DNA of 64,000 bases. Origin: Eledone cirrhosa. Its lineage: Eukaryota. The position numbers and the translations under genes are program-made. The stretch lies in assembly GCA_964016885.1 (NCBI GenBank), contig OZ024742.1, positions 132,618,001 to 132,682,000 of the forward strand. The letters run 5' to 3'. Of the stretch, positions 30,380 to 45,474 are shown piece after piece (positions within the stretch are counted from its first letter, which is position 1; every line of letters begins with the position of its first letter). The notes below the pieces were generated by a model that ran no database searches, was not told where the DNA came from, and saw nothing but the letters and a program-made list of their open reading frames with translations.

Positions 30380-31045
30380 AACATACAGCGTGCCGATTAC
30401 TGGAAGCTGAACATGCAGAGACTGAATTTAGGAATTCGCTAAACAGACATTGGAGGGTCAATCGCCAAAACAAATTGAGGTTCACCCTGAACAGTGTGAT
30501 TATAATAGAATATATTAGGTTTAGATTCAAAGCAAAAATAGACCTTTAGGATAGGAGTCGCAAACGCTGCGTTTGAGTCGAGATTGGCCGACGTCCAATT
30601 CCTCTACGCAAAGCATGTTATCATGGATAAGACAGGTATTCTTGGACAAGTGGAGATTAAGGCTCTTCGATTTGTTCGACCTAATAAAAATGACAGTGCG
30701 GACTTTGACAAATCATGAATAAGTTGCCAGGCCACTCTAACTCAGACGCATGAATTAGGGTTTTCTTTTACAACATTTAGCTCAATTCTGTATGAGAAGA
30801 GGCGCACCGGATCTCAGGATGAGCTGCATTGCATAACTCAAGAACTTACGCCGGTTCTAGCCGATGGACGTGGATTGGTCCAAAAAGCTGATAACAGCTA
30901 CTGAAGTACGGGGGCCGATGTCTGATTTCACGAGAGGCAAACCCCTGGTTTGGGTATTCTGCCTACAAAACTTATATCAAAGACCTGTTCTCAGCTACAC
31001 CCATAATACGAAGATCCATCATAGACCGAAGGGATGGTAGACAAG
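30380..31045 (+). mobile_element. Decayed RTE LINE 3' part
   Basis: RIGVANAAF and SWIR/W.DK-like fragments; RTE-like terminal TCCATCATAGACCGAAGGGATG. Confidence 0.4.
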
Positions 31046-31139
31046 GTCTTCAAAATGTACACCCTACCGTTGAAAGCACCAATGGGAGTGAGGGATGTCG
31101 GCAAGAATTATCGGTAACTTCAGGGGAAGGATTAGCACC

Positions 31140-31570
31140 GAGGACCGGGTTTATCGGGCTGTTTATGTGTCGCCGTCGACAGCTCCTCTCAACCAATTCA
31201 TCGTTTGCGGGGGCCATGGGCGGGACAATCACTTGCAGCTCATATGTACGTGAAGCAATGAACCGGTACAGGACTGTAGAGTTGGCAGTGGTCTCGACTG
31301 TTTTATCTTTATTCTGTTTTACCCTATTTCGTTGGGTAGCGTGTTCGTTTCACCGCCATCGTCGTCACTCGACCGCTGGCTAAACGTGAAGGTCTCCCAG
31401 TTGAAGCACCATGTGATTCGGCCTTCTCGTCTTTTTCTTCCTTTTTCGTTTCTATCCCGTTTCGTTCAAGCAGGGGTTAAAAGTGAGGGGAAAGAGTGCG
31501 GTGCGTAGATTTGTTTGTGTGCGTAAGCCGCCCCTTTTCTTGCTCCGTCCGTGTCTTCTCGTACTCCAGT
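31140..31570 (+). promoter_or_regulatory. Candidate CpG-rich promoter or 5' region
   Basis: CCAAT at 31193, GGGCGGG at 31218, locally CpG-rich, pyrimidine tracts; no recognisable TE motif. Confidence 0.25.
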
Positions 31571-32111
31571 ATGTATTAATGCAATGTGCGGGAAATGTTA
31601 ATACAAGATATGGTTTCCAATCACAATTGATGCATTTTATAATCTCGAGAGAAACATTATTATGCAGAATTTCTTAAGTATGTGGGACTGATGTTTATTG
31701 ACAAAGGTAAAGTTGCAGAGAGACTTCAATATACAGGAGACGAAAATGTGTCTTGGGCGTGAGTGAGGTTAAAGGTTTTGAAGAAAGTAATTGTTTATCA
31801 CTAGTTTCTTCAGCTTTGAGGTACACAAGTAAGCTCAGTAGAGAGTATATATAATTGGGTATAAAGCAACATGTAAACGACTGCTCTTCTGAGACAAAAC
31901 AGCATGAAATGGCTGAAAATGAGTGTATAGATCTCATCAAAGTAGAGGAAGGAAATATCAAATATGTAGTCCGTGATAAGGGTGGCGAAGATTGAAAACA
32001 CCATTCGATAGTATTGAATGACATGAGGCCTAATCCTTACATGTTCGTACGCATAATATGATAGTAGTAGTAGTGGTCGCCGTCGTCGTCGTCGTCGTCG
32101 TCGTCGTATTC

Positions 32112-32183
<72 letters not shown>

Positions 32184-33329
32184 TGTTCGCTATTTATATC
32201 ATTGTACATAAATTGTTATGACTTTTCTAACCTCCCATTTCCTCACTTATATTCTTGTGTGAATGAAATATTAAAATGCGAACAAAGTAATATATATATA
32301 TGTATATAAAATACATAGCTCACGTGACTGCCAAGCATACAACAACAACATCATCATAAAGCCCTCGCTTCATAAAGAAAAATAATTAATACCCAATATT
32401 ATAGAGAAATAATAGAGGTACAATGGAAAAAAATAGCCAATATTAATCGTTTATTTGATTAATAACTGAATTACTGTGGAGATGTCATAATAGAAGAATA
32501 GAGCACGAAAACCAATAACAATTATGAAAAAAAAAAAATGCACGAATCTTCATACAGACATTACGCATACATACTACCAAACACAAGCACACGAATACAC
32601 ACACAAAGCCACACACATTTATGTATGTATGCTTATATAGAGAGCAAAGAGAGGAGAAGAATGATATATATATGATACATAACATTATATATATACATAA
32701 AAGGAATCAATGTTATAATGTATATTTATAATGTGGGTGTGTAAGTATATTGATATTTATGCAAACACATACCCACATAAATACATACATATTTGCATGT
32801 GTGTCTATGTGTATAGGCGCTCGTTAGGTTGTGTGTGTGCGTGCACGCTAGAGAATTCGACAAGGCTATACAAATGAATTCAAAACTCATAAAGGAACAA
32901 AATCTAAAAGGTGAAAAGTCTATATTTAAATATATTTCTTTATTTTGTGTCTTCTTTAGTTTCATATTTGAATTTAAAACATTTAACTCGTGAAGATTTT
33001 GTCGATCTCATTTATAACTAACTAACCACAAATTTGGCTTTGCTTTGTGATTGTGGCATCTTCTTTTCATTTTCATGTGAGATTTATGATGGTGTCTTTG
33101 ACCGAATCACTGGCGAAACGAATGGCGAAATTAACCCACATGACAGCAAATTTTATTTGTTTATAGTCTCATCATTATTAATGAAAGTGAATAATCTGAA
33201 TAGTAAGCGCCATTCAATATTAGGAACAAAGAAATATAAAAAGTGCCATCATCCTTTTTCCCTCTTTTAGCACACAATTATCACACAATATATTCAGCTA
33301 TATAGAACACATATCAACACAAATACGCA

Positions 33330-33508
33330 CGCATATAAACATACATATAAACACATAAACATACATATAAACACATATAAACATACATATAAACACATAT
33401 AAACATACATATAAACAAATATAAACATACATATAAACATACATATAAACACATATAAACATACATATAAACACATATAAACACATATAAATATACATAT
33501 AAACATAC
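33330..33508. repeat. Minisatellite of 10/14-bp units ACATATAAAC(ATAC)
   Basis: Seen directly. Confidence 0.9.
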
Positions 33509-33974
33509 TATTTTGCAATTTCTCTCTCACACTGTCTCGTTTTTATTTTCCCATTTTCCTTCTCATTCATTAGCTTTCTATTAGTTCTCTATTTCTCTCG
33601 AGTCATTTCGTTGTGTTTTAGACTCTTTCACATACAAACATCTGTACGAAATTCACTGTTTCGTTGAATATAATTTCTCTACTGATTTTTCTTTTTACTT
33701 TTACTAATTATGCACCTAACTCCAGCTCCCTTGTTCTCATCGAGAATCGCATTGTAGCTCCCTCTTTATCTGATTGATTCTTCATATATAAATAAATGTT
33801 CTATGCTCAATCTAATTCATACTAGTATGCATCCCTTGTATCTATCTATCAATGTGTATGTAATACTACATACATCTGCTGCTTATATGACTGTCGCTCT
33901 GTCTGTCTATCTGTCTCTTTTTTCTGCTTCTCTCACTCTCTCTTTATATATATAGATAGATAGATTTATGTATG

Positions 33975-34013
<39 letters not shown>

Positions 34014-35432
34014 CAGGACCCCGACGGCTGAGCTCCGGCCAGTTGTATGGAGTACTCTGGTTTAACTGGTTTTTGCTGCCTCCATTCTGATATATATATA
34101 TATAATATAATTTGTAATCCCAGGGTTGTGTAACAGTTAAAAAAAGAAGTCAATATATAAACATCTTTATTATACAACGAAATGAGTTCTGAAGGATTAG
34201 AATTGTTTCATTCGTATCAAACCACCATGAATCCTGATGATTTCATACGGAACAAATGTATTGAGATTAAACTTAGCAGCCGAACGTTCCTGAAATTAAA
34301 TCGCATTCTATCTTCAGAGCCCATCACCCTCTCCCATTCTCTTTCCTTTTCCTCTCTGGCCCCAAAATCCATGATTTTTGCCCACATTTCCTCTCATTCC
34401 TGCCCTTTATAGTCTTTTCCTCTACTTTCCTTAGAGCCATATCTTAACTATAATAAAGAAAGTAGTGCGGGATTACGCCCAGAAAATATTTTTTTTATCC
34501 CCTTTGTAAAATAAGTTGGATTACTTTGAATAAATAATGAATAAATATTACATAATTTATGTACTAAATTTCTTAACTCTTGGTTAAAATATAAATAATT
34601 TTATTGCTTATTTAAAGATTCACTTCTTCAAAATGTTCCCGTTATATTATAACACATATAAAAACATCGCATATATTTCCGTCGCTAATTTTCTCCTAAT
34701 GCAGTTTATATGTAGTATGGTCTTTTTAAAATGTATCAAGGATTACTTTACTGATTGTAGCATAGTCTCTCTTCAATTTGTGTGGACATTGTCAATTACG
34801 ATCTTATTTGTCTTATATCAACATACATATATAATTGCGTATAATATCAATATGCATACTACTCATGCTAGCAGAAAACCACCTGCTAGTTTATGTAATT
34901 ATCAATGGTTTTAAGCCAACTTTGTGAGTGAAACATATGTATTGAAAATAAACATCTCTATTTAAAAACGAGAAATACCATTAGAAATCGTACTCATAGA
35001 TGAAATGTGTATAAAACGCTCTTCAAAATAAGCCTGCTCTAAACCATTTGAACAATTGACTAAACAACAATAGTTTCATTTAAAATTTATGATCATGTAT
35101 TGTATAAAATGTATTGGAGGAGATCAAGAAGGGAATCTACGTAGCATTTCTCTTCTAGTAATATATCAACGAAAAATGGATGATAGATAAAAACAACATA
35201 ACCATAAGATGAACTAAGAATGTAAAGCGGCAAACTAAATTTCCTGCAGTCTGTTTGTTTGATGTACGGAATAAAATTACACAATCAAAGATGTAGATAT
35301 ACAACAATTCCTATATATTCATATATGTTCATTTTATTTAACTATGTGCAACTAGAACCAAATAGATAACTATACACGGATTCATACAGGTAAACATTCA
35401 CACGTACAAACATATATACATACATGAATGCA

Positions 35433-36065
35433 TGATGGCTGCCCCCTCGTTATAGAGTATGGCCATTGCACGATATACCATTATTAATAATTAATAATTA
35501 ATTCTATCGTGCAATGTCTGTGCGTAAAGATATTTTTAAAAGTAAGGAAAGACTGTGCACTGAGTCAATCCCACTCTCTGAGCGACAGTAGCTATAACCC
35601 GAAAATAAGAACAGGTCAACATCATCGATAACTACTGGATCGCAGGTTTTATATCGGAGTTATCCCAGTTTCGTGAGTTGCCTTCTCCTAGAAGAATGCC
35701 CTGACAAAAGCTAGGGGTCCTTCAATCCCAGTGGTTTACCCGCGCGATCAGGTGCCCAGCCCGACTATTTCTATGTCCCCGCGCATATACATACACATGA
35801 ACCCATGTATATACACATATATATATATATATATATACATACATATGTACATGTGTATATACATATTTACACAATTTTGGATGGCCGTTGACTCTTATGA
35901 GTTCTCCGAACTGTGTCAAGTTTTGTATTTTGTCCTGCAGGGTGTCCAAAATCACCCTCCTCGCCAAGTAAACTTTGTGGGATTGCTGGTTTAGTCGCCG
36001 ACGAAACGTCCAAGTGACAGATTGTACTGGGTTACATGTTACCAGTAGCACTCAAGAGTGACCCA
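35433..36065 (-). mobile_element. Non-autonomous element resembling an RTE 5' UTR (copy 1 of 3)
   Basis: Shares the CCTTCTCCTAG and GTACTGGGTTACATGTTACCAGTAGCAC blocks with 48549-49157 and 49225-49735. Confidence 0.7.
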
Positions 36066-36162
36066 AAATACATACATACACACATATACACATGCATACA
36101 TACACACATTGATACCTACACACACACACACACCCACACACACCCCCCCACACACACATACA

Positions 36163-36200
<38 letters not shown>

Positions 36201-36673
36201 TGTGTGTGTGTGTGTGTGTGGAGAGAGAGAGGGAACAAGGGAGAGAGAGAGCGAGGAAGAGAGAGAAATGTGTGTGCAACAATGTGTTTTCAGAGATAAT
36301 ATATGAGTATGTGAGTGGCATTCTGGCCACGGTGTGTGATGAGGTGCACACGCACTTAAAAACACACATTCACGTTCACACATAAATAAATACATATATA
36401 TATATATATTTATATATAGATTTTACTGACTCACAAACTCACGCGAGCATATTCTTGTTTGTAAACATGTCTCTCTTTCTCCACCCAATTCTTTTTATCC
36501 CAATAACTTATTTTAGTTATTGTTCGCGCTGGCATCGCGTATCTGATCTTTAATGCGAAGAAATACCTATGATGGCCAGAAGATAACTGATGATGGATAG
36601 TCCTGGCTTCTATGTCTATTTTTTTTATTAATATGCATCACATTCGCAACATCGCAGCACGCTATTTTTCATT

Positions 36674-36855
<182 letters not shown>

Positions 36856-36864
36856 AATATATGT

Positions 36865-36974
<110 letters not shown>

Positions 36975-37029
36975 TGCTTTAACCCTTAACAGGATCTTCT
37001 GAAACTAACAAAGTCAATCTGTAAACGCA

Positions 37030-38735
37030 GAAGTGGATATTTCAAAGAACGTTGCAACCGGAGGAAGACAGGAAGACGATACTTTGGTTCGTGGAAATGT
37101 TCCCTGGCAAAGAACGGGAAAAAACGAATATAATACGTCATTAATAGGAGCGGTGAAAAACAATTACGCGCAAAGACAGAAGCACGTTTATGGTATAAAA
37201 GAGGTCGTAGACTAATGTTCTCTTAGGTGGTTCATTGAGACGTTCTCTGGCATTGAACGAAAAAAAACGAAGATAATACGTCATACTTGGAGGTGGAGAA
37301 CAATTGCACGCAAATACAAAACCACGTAAATGGTATAGCAGAAGTCGTAGACTAAAATTCTAACTAGGAGACCGAATGAATCTCCGCTTCAGAGTTAAGA
37401 ACAAAGTAAATAAATACAATACAGGGGTAATAGTAATTAAATAAATACATACACGCATACAAATACGTACATACACAAGCATACGCGAAAACACTTACCG
37501 TAGGTATACAAAACCACGCACATATAAATATGTGAGTGTGTGTATACAAATAAATAAATAATTAAATAAACGTATATAAATAAATACATACGTATATAAC
37601 AAGCGCACACACATACCTACATGTAAATACACAAATGCTCGGAGACGTAAGTCAACCAAAACATAAAGTACACATATACACACACCCTACATACGTACGA
37701 ACCTGCATACTCATACAGAGGCAAAACACCCACATACACGTAACCAAACCATATGTACCAGAAAATATAAAATTATACGCCATAACATATACAATCTAAT
37801 ATACGTACGAAAAGGTATACGTACCTTCACAAAACATACAGGTAATATATACTTACCTATGCAAATAAGTAATGGTGTAAACAAAACATATACTTAGCTA
37901 CCACATCAAGACGTAAAATATCCACGTATAGATCGTACTATCCGTTAGGTTATAACGTGGGGTTGTAATACAGGAAAGTTTTGTGCGATTTATGTTTACA
38001 AGCCGAAATTGCCTCAGATTTTTTGTTTAAGATGTGGTCTGTGGCGTAGAGTATTTAGAGGGCTTCAGCGGCGCAGAGGTCACATGGTCTTTTATTTCCG
38101 TTATACGATCTACCCTAGCTAGGATCTCCCAGTGTAACTTATATTGTGTGTGGTTGTCTTTTAGACTACAGATATAAGCTGAAAGTGACGTCATATTCCT
38201 TCTTGGAGCGTAACGAAAAGAATGGTTATGCATGTAAAGACGCTGCTTGAATATATTGGCGGTTAACCCTATGTAGGCCATACGGGACGTGAGTGTTTCA
38301 ACCTTACATTTGTAGACAATGTTACTAGAGAGGCATTTCCCGGATACGGGGCAATCAATCCGATTTCTACAATTACAGTTAGTACTATCTACAGGGTTGC
38401 ACGTGTTCCTACAGCTAGGTAGTTTAGCTAAATTAGAAGCTGTGGTGTTATGTGCAAGGTTAGGAGTCGTAGAGTAAGAAATGTTAATAGTATTTCTATT
38501 ATACATTTTACTATATTTATGTGTAGGGGGAAAATGCTTCGTAATAAGGGAAATAAAAATCTTAGCTAATGGTGTGGCCACCTCCATAGTATATGGTGGG
38601 TTATTACAACAAATGCGACGGGATCTATTTCTTCTAGGTCTATTTTCGTACACTGTATATGCTACCTTATCGACAAATCCACTCCGAGCAAGAGCTTCAT
38701 TGTAATAAGTGGAATTGTCGTTGAAAATATGCTCT
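37030..38735 (-). mobile_element. PLE 3' part: GIY-YIG endonuclease plus 3' UTR/pseudo-LTR
   Basis: ORF 38027-38653 reads NPPY, KHFPPTHKYSKMYNRNTINISYS, CNCRNRIDCPVSGKC..NIVYKC..YIGLTANIFKQR...H. A degenerate HHR lies at 37357-37398, and an ~85-bp duplication at 37130/37273. Confidence 0.88.
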
Positions 38736-39107
38736 CCCTTACGGTTGAGTAAAAGATTGAGTTGAAACGGACTGCTTTTTCTTTGCTTAAACTTTAATGT
38801 GTTATTTTAACAAATATTTGCACTACGGTCTTATATATTTGATATATATTTATCCTTATCGAGCCCTTGTTGGATATTAGTCTTCACATTTATTGTTATT
38901 ACTGTATATATATATGTATATATATATATGTATATATATGTATATATGTATATATACTGTATATATATATATACGGTATATATACATATATATATACTGT
39001 ATATAAACTGTATATACATATATATACTCTATATATATATGTATATATATATACTGTATATATATATGTATATATATGTATATATGTATATGTACATATA
39101 TATATAC

Positions 39108-39142
<35 letters not shown>

Positions 39143-39165
39143 TGTATATATATAAATATATATGT

Positions 39166-39212
<47 letters not shown>

Positions 39213-39223
39213 AATATATATGT

Positions 39224-39272
<49 letters not shown>

Positions 39273-39283
39273 AATATATATGT

Positions 39284-39360
<77 letters not shown>

Positions 39361-39369
39361 AATATATGT

Positions 39370-39397
<28 letters not shown>

Positions 39398-39400
<3 letters not shown>

Positions 39401-39589
39401 GGAACCAGTAAGACCCCGACAGCTGAGCTCAAGCCGTTTCGACGGCTAATTCTGGACAGAATTAGCCGTCTAAACGGCTTGAGCTCAGCTGTCGGGGTCT
39501 TACTGGTTCCTATTACCCACTCTACTACCTCAAGTATTGAGTACTTTGGTGCGTTATGGTCCACCTGGTTCCTTACCACATTTCCTTCG

Positions 39590-39591
<2 letters not shown>
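39398..39591 (+). mobile_element. Fold-back element family B (116-bp palindrome 39398-39513 plus tail of about 80 bp) in (TA)n
   Basis: The palindrome is visible directly; homologous copy at 51730-51918. Confidence 0.92.
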
Positions 39592-39661
<70 letters not shown>

Positions 39662-39727
39662 GTATGCATATATGTGTATATATGTATATATATGTATATA
39701 TGTATATATACATATATATATATTTAA

Positions 39728-39759
<32 letters not shown>

Positions 39760-40371
39760 GTATATATATATATATATGTATGCATATATATATATGTATA
39801 TGTATATATTTATATATATATGTATATATATATATATACACACACACATATGTCTACATTAGTAAATCATTCTCTTCTAACTCGCTCTCATATCCATTTT
39901 CTATCTATCTGAAATACAACATTCACTCCCACACTTAATTTGCTCATTTCCATATTCTTCCAATACAAACAACCTCAGACGTTTGAATCTCTAATATTTG
40001 CTAAACGTACGCAGTGTGAGGCCAATTAAATAAATTATTCAACTTTAAACCACCAACACAGAGAATTATTTTAATGAGATAGAAAGTTTCAGTAGAAAAT
40101 TATCAAAACAACATTCTCCTTCCCCGTCGTCTTCTCAGAAACCATTTTTAACAGCCTCAGCAAAGAAAAAAGGAAAAAAACAAGACAAAAAACAACGCAG
40201 TCAAAAAGAAATATAGTACATTCATAACTAATTATTTTACTACAAGAAACCAAAAATATTGTTGGTAAAATGTTGATTTATTTTAGGTTACCTAAGTATA
40301 GTAGTTTCCTCTATCAGTACACATCACTGTTAACAATTATGAAAGGCGTATCTCAAGGAACTTTCATTAAG

Positions 40372-40560
40372 CTGGTAGATTGGCGGTATCGGTAGAGGGT
40401 CGGACGCCATGCTTTGACGCATAGAGTTACGGTCCTTGCCATTCTAAGTTCAAATCCTGTCGAGGTTAAAATTTACATCCTTATGGGGTCGATAAAATAA
40501 AGTACCAGTAATGCACTGGGTATTTTGCTGGCCTTGTACCAAAAGTAGTAACAATTATTA
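40372..40560 (+). mobile_element. Octopus-type tRNA SINE
   Basis: Aligns with 20806-20993. Confidence 0.85.
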
Positions 40561-40793
40561 TTCGTAATTGTTCACATATACATATGCCTAGTTGTGCAAA
40601 AGATTACAATTTCTAGTTATATAAAATAATACATTATTTAACCGGTTTAAGTAATTAAACTGCTGAAAAGCTTTATTTAGTCGATAATATCACCCCTCCT
40701 CACAATATATGTATTTGCATATCTGGAAATGAATTTGTCAGTCTCTTTGCGTCGAATCACGAGACATAAAGACCCTCACATGTATGTCAATAA

Positions 40794-40830
<37 letters not shown>

Positions 40831-41186
40831 GGGCGAACGGTCCGTGCATTCAACGCATGCAGTGCACGCGTTATAGAATCTTGAGTTGATCAATTGCGTC
40901 GGTTGAAGCAAGCAGAATTTTGACTGCTTACTAAAACGTATAGGCACAAAAAAATATAACACACACACACACAAACACACGACAGCTTTAGGGCAAAGCA
41001 GAATTTTGATTGCTTACTAAATCGTAGACACATAAAAAGATAACACACACACAGGATAACACTAGATGCGGCTTTGACCGGGAGGGTCATTTAGAGGGAA
41101 TTGGCGGAGATGGTAAATCTGCACAGCCCCACTCTCCGTCATGGCGATTTGACTCCATGCCCTGCTTTCCAGGTTACCCTTTGCCA

Positions 41187-41249
<63 letters not shown>

Positions 41250-41477
41250 GTCTGTGTCTGCGTGTATGTGAATGTATGTATGTATCTTCAATAATGATTT
41301 CCTATACTCCTTTACGGTTGAGTAAAAGATTAAGTTGAAACGGACTGCTTTTTCTAGGAGCCATGTTACTCACTAATAGTCCACTATTTGCTATCCTGCT
41401 AACTCTCTACTACGCGAGATGTTTTCCATTCGAAATTATCACGGATCAATAGAATGATTTTTTTCTTGGATTGAGAA

Positions 41478-41572
41478 GTCCCCTGAGGAGCTATGATGTT
41501 GCACTGTAAAGGATATCTTACATTGTTGGAATATCCAATCTGCTGCTTACTCGCCTAAACAACAGTAGGGAA
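41478..41572 (+). ncRNA. Degenerate hammerhead-like motif with long stem II
   Basis: TCCC-CTGAGGA-GC...GC-CTAAA(for GAAA)-C aaca GTA-GGGA. Confidence 0.35.
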
Positions 41573-41989
41573 ATCGAAGTACATTGGTACATTTTTATCT
41601 TGTTGTTTCCCCACTTATATATATATATATATATTACATTCAGAGTTATACATGTCATGTTTGCGTCTAGTCTCCAAAAATAAGATCAAAGACAAAATTC
41701 AAAGAACAAATACGAACATTTAATCATTCCAAAATAGTGAATCTAATTATATAAATGAACAATAGGACATATCAAACTTTAACAAGAGATAATCTGTATT
41801 GGATGTATGAATACATAGTTAGTTACAGTACCATATTAAAATTTAAGAAAAATATAATATATAGATACCTGATAAAAATCATATATATTTCCCTCATATG
41901 TATCCTTCAAAAATCAAGAATACATTTCACCAAATATTGGTGCAGTTAGATAATAGAACTGGATCTTCAGTGAGGGTATCGATCTATCT

Positions 41990-43010
41990 AAACTTATACC
42001 AGTTAACATACAGAACTGAAGACGATGAGAGAAGCACATAGTACGCGTTCACCGTCTGCAATGACATGAAAGGGTTCACGGCAACTAGAAATCGCAGGCT
42101 CACCTCTCAACATGTTAACAGCTCAACCAAGTAGGAACATGAATATATTATAAATATTACATTCAAAATTATAGATATCATTTAAGAGGATCATGTTAAT
42201 GAGGTTTCCACTCGGTGGAAGGCGTTATGCGTCTTTGTTGAGTGTGGACAATTCTACGCTTAATTTATCTATTGGTATTTTGTCCAATATATTATGAAAC
42301 GCTTGGGGAAACTTAGGTAGATTTTTATAGAGATGAAAAGTTGTTTCTCATGGGTGATATTAACACGCACATTGTTGGAAAGCATTGGTGTGCTCATGGT
42401 TCATCAATTTCGGGATCAAAAGACAACTTCACCAGTTATATACTGGATTAGAAATAGCTATTACAAATGGTTTCTTCCGTTATAGGTTGACACATAAATA
42501 TTCATAGATTCAACCAAGAAAAAGAAGGGACATCTAATAAGTAATGTTATTTGTCGCGGGTGTGATATTTAAGATATAAGACACATTAGGGTTTACGGTG
42601 GTACCGACTGTGACACAGATCCTTATCACATAATATCTAAATCACCCTGCCGATGTTTCACAAAATGTTAAAGTGGTCACGACAAATCGCATTAATTATT
42701 CTGCTTTGAAGGGCAACTCGATCTGTGAAAACAACATGAAAAACTGAAATGGTCAACACGAACATTCTGTGACACTGAGGTACCTAATTTTTGCCTGTCC
42801 AAGGAAGAGCTGACGTGTCTAATTTGGGTTCGGATTCTTCTGTCCAAAGCTGGGTACAGAATATATTTAGAGAATCATGCGGAGGTAAATCGCGTGGAAT
42901 ACAGAGAACTGCATATTAATGATTCGTCATTATCTTACCATGTGTGTAGTAAAGTATGCAGGTCAAAGTCAGGAATAAAGGGTCATTTCAATAAAATGCA
43001 TGTAGGTCAG
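41990..43010 (+). mobile_element. Decayed RTE LINE (APE endonuclease fragment and terminal C2H2)
   Basis: LMGDINTHIVG, ITNGFFRYRLTHKYS, RVYGGTDCDTD, CSKVCRSKSGIKGH. Confidence 0.7.
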
Positions 43011-43957
43011 CAAGTTGCTATTCCTTTTAACAGTTTGGGGAATCTATCCTTACACTGAGGTAGTCTCTTGACAGGCCGACTATCTCACAACTTGGGTGCA
43101 ATTTATCTAAACTTTGGATTCACACTAATCGGCGAAACTGCGAAACATTAGATATAATTTGTCTATTTGCCCTTCACACTTATAATTTTATGTGTGTATA
43201 TATATATATATATATGTGTGTGTGCGTGTGTATATGTATATATATAAACAGGAAATTCATTAGTGTATAACACGCGTAGTTCCGACTAGAATCTGTTTCG
43301 TGCCTTACGAAATGAATATTTTAACATGCTAGTATACTCGGTAAAATTTACTTTGAGAGGGTCATTTTCAAAGTCTCTGTCAATGTCATTGAATTTGCTT
43401 CCTTGCTACAATAATTCAAGTCTCTCAACATTTAGAATTACCAAAGAAATTTCCTTTGCATCACAACATCCACTCTTAGAAAATTATACATTTGATACAT
43501 AGTACTGAATTATCTCTTCAATATTTCTTTTCAACCTTTTTGATTCGCTCTCTCTGCATCAGTTACGTCTCTATAGCTAAAAGACGGGATATGCTCGGCG
43601 GAGATTATTTGATAAACATATCTCCTCGGGCATGCTGACATCTGGCTAAACATCAATAATAACAACCTCATTGTTACATCTGTGATTGACATCTTATCTA
43701 TCGCACCAAATGTGGATGTATCTATGAAACAACTCCACCCCTGAAAACAATGATAAATCTATATAATTTTAATTCACCCTATTTAATTAATACAAATTGT
43801 GTTCCCTGCTCTTTAAAACAAGGAGATCTTTGATGTTTAATTTAATTATATTTGGTTATATCATATGAGTATACGCTCAAATTTACCAGCTTTTACATTT
43901 TCTTTTCTAACCTTTTCCTCCCCCTCTTTATTCTTCTACTTCTTCTGCTGCTGCCCT

Positions 43958-43962
43958 GTAGC

Positions 43963-44034
<72 letters not shown>

Positions 44035-44039
44035 TACAA

Positions 44040-44096
<57 letters not shown>

Positions 44097-44265
44097 CAAC
44101 AGTAGGATTAGTAGTAGTAGAAGTAGTAGTAGTAGTAGCAGTATTAGTAGTAGTAGTAGTAGTAGTAGTAGTAGCAACAACAGCAGTAGCAGTAGTAGCA
44201 GTAGCAGCAGCACTAGTAGTAGTAGTAGTAGTAGTAGCAGCAGCAACAGCAGCAGTAGTAGTAGA
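43958..44265. repeat. (TAG)n/(CAG)n microsatellite
   Basis: Seen directly. Confidence 0.95.
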
Positions 44266-44474
44266 AAACTCTTATTGTTTCTGACGCACTAGACGCACAC
44301 ACTTCTTTTTATTATTATGATCCATACTCATTGAGTCTGAACGGACGTCTTTTTGCTCGCTTCCGTAAGTTTATATATTTACCTGTCAAAACTTATTTAT
44401 TTAATTTTTTTGTTGATGTGTAAGGCATACAAGCCCTTGGACTTTGCCCTGTGAAGGGGAAAGAATAATATTTG

Positions 44475-45455
44475 AGACTGAGACTGGGTGACTGGTATCT
44501 GGAATGTTGCCAGGTACTCACTGCCCCCTACCAGGCGGGCAATGCGGTCAGTGGAACTTCCACTCTCGAGTTCTATAGAGGATTAGTGGTGGGCAAGTGC
44601 GAAGACGCACTCGGAGAGGATCTGGGAGTCGGCGAAGTCGAACTAACCAGTCTGTTCCAGAGGACTTTCGAGCCGAGGACGATGTATAATTTCCAAATAT
44701 CCCTTGCTTGGCAGTGCTACCGGGAGGGGGGGTGCACTGCCGGTTTGAGATACACTCTACAGGCACGGAAGTGCTGTCAGACGGACCTGCCGGAGATGCG
44801 CGCAGAGCGACGAAACCGTTCTGCACGCACTCGTCCAGTGTCCGTGCATTACTGACTTGTGGAGTTATGTCGAACAGCTGTTGTCTCGTGTAGAACGGAT
44901 CCGGCTATCGGCCGAGTCCATAGTGAAGATTGACCTGCCGCCTTCTTTTGGCCAGGAAGGGCAGGACATTTTCCTCTGTCTGGTGGCAGTAGCGAAAGAG
45001 GTTGTATGGTGTTCGAGGTTGAAAGGACTGAAGACAGACACTTTTCTCTTCGGCCAATCCCTCATCAACTTTTTCAAGTTTCATTTGGAAAGGAAGGTGA
45101 GGAGAGAGAAGTGCTTCCCCCCAGTACATTTGCTGAAAGGTGGGTGAATGTGGCGAGAATGGCCCGTGTGAGTGGGCCTACTCTGGTCATGCGCCTCTAG
45201 GTGGGTAAATTTGAGGAGGAGAGGGGTGCCCTTCCAGGGTGCTCTCGAAGCGTCGGGTTGTTCAGGATTGGTGGGGTACCTCAGCGAACCTTGGGTGGTC
45301 ATCCCCCTATAGGGGAATGTTTCTTGTTGTATTTTTCTTGTTACTTTGTTGTTGTTATTCATATTGTTTACTCGATTTTTCTGTAAAACCCCACTGTCCC
45401 AGTCTTTTGTATTGTCCCCTATATGTCGGCCTTGTGGCCAATAAATGAAAGCATT
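44475..45455 (+). mobile_element. Tx1/L1-like LINE 3' fragment, same family as 8789-10625
   Basis: NFQISLAWQCYR, LWSYVEQLLSRV.RI.LSAESIV, INFFKFHL; ends CCTTGTGGCCAATAAA..(TAT)n. Confidence 0.88.
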
Positions 45456-45474
45456 ATTATGATTCTAGACTGCT

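Noticed and set aside
34185-34325. CTGATGA (plus) and CTGAAGAT..GGAACGTT (minus) motifs
   Set aside because: No properly placed GAAA and weak stems.
40911-41052. Duplicated ~55-bp segment as a CRISPR-like array
   Set aside because: Only two copies in eukaryotic repeat context; a simple local tandem duplication.
41930-41975. Minus-strand CTGAAGAT with CAGTT/AACTG hairpin
   Set aside because: GAAA is absent; too degenerate to call.
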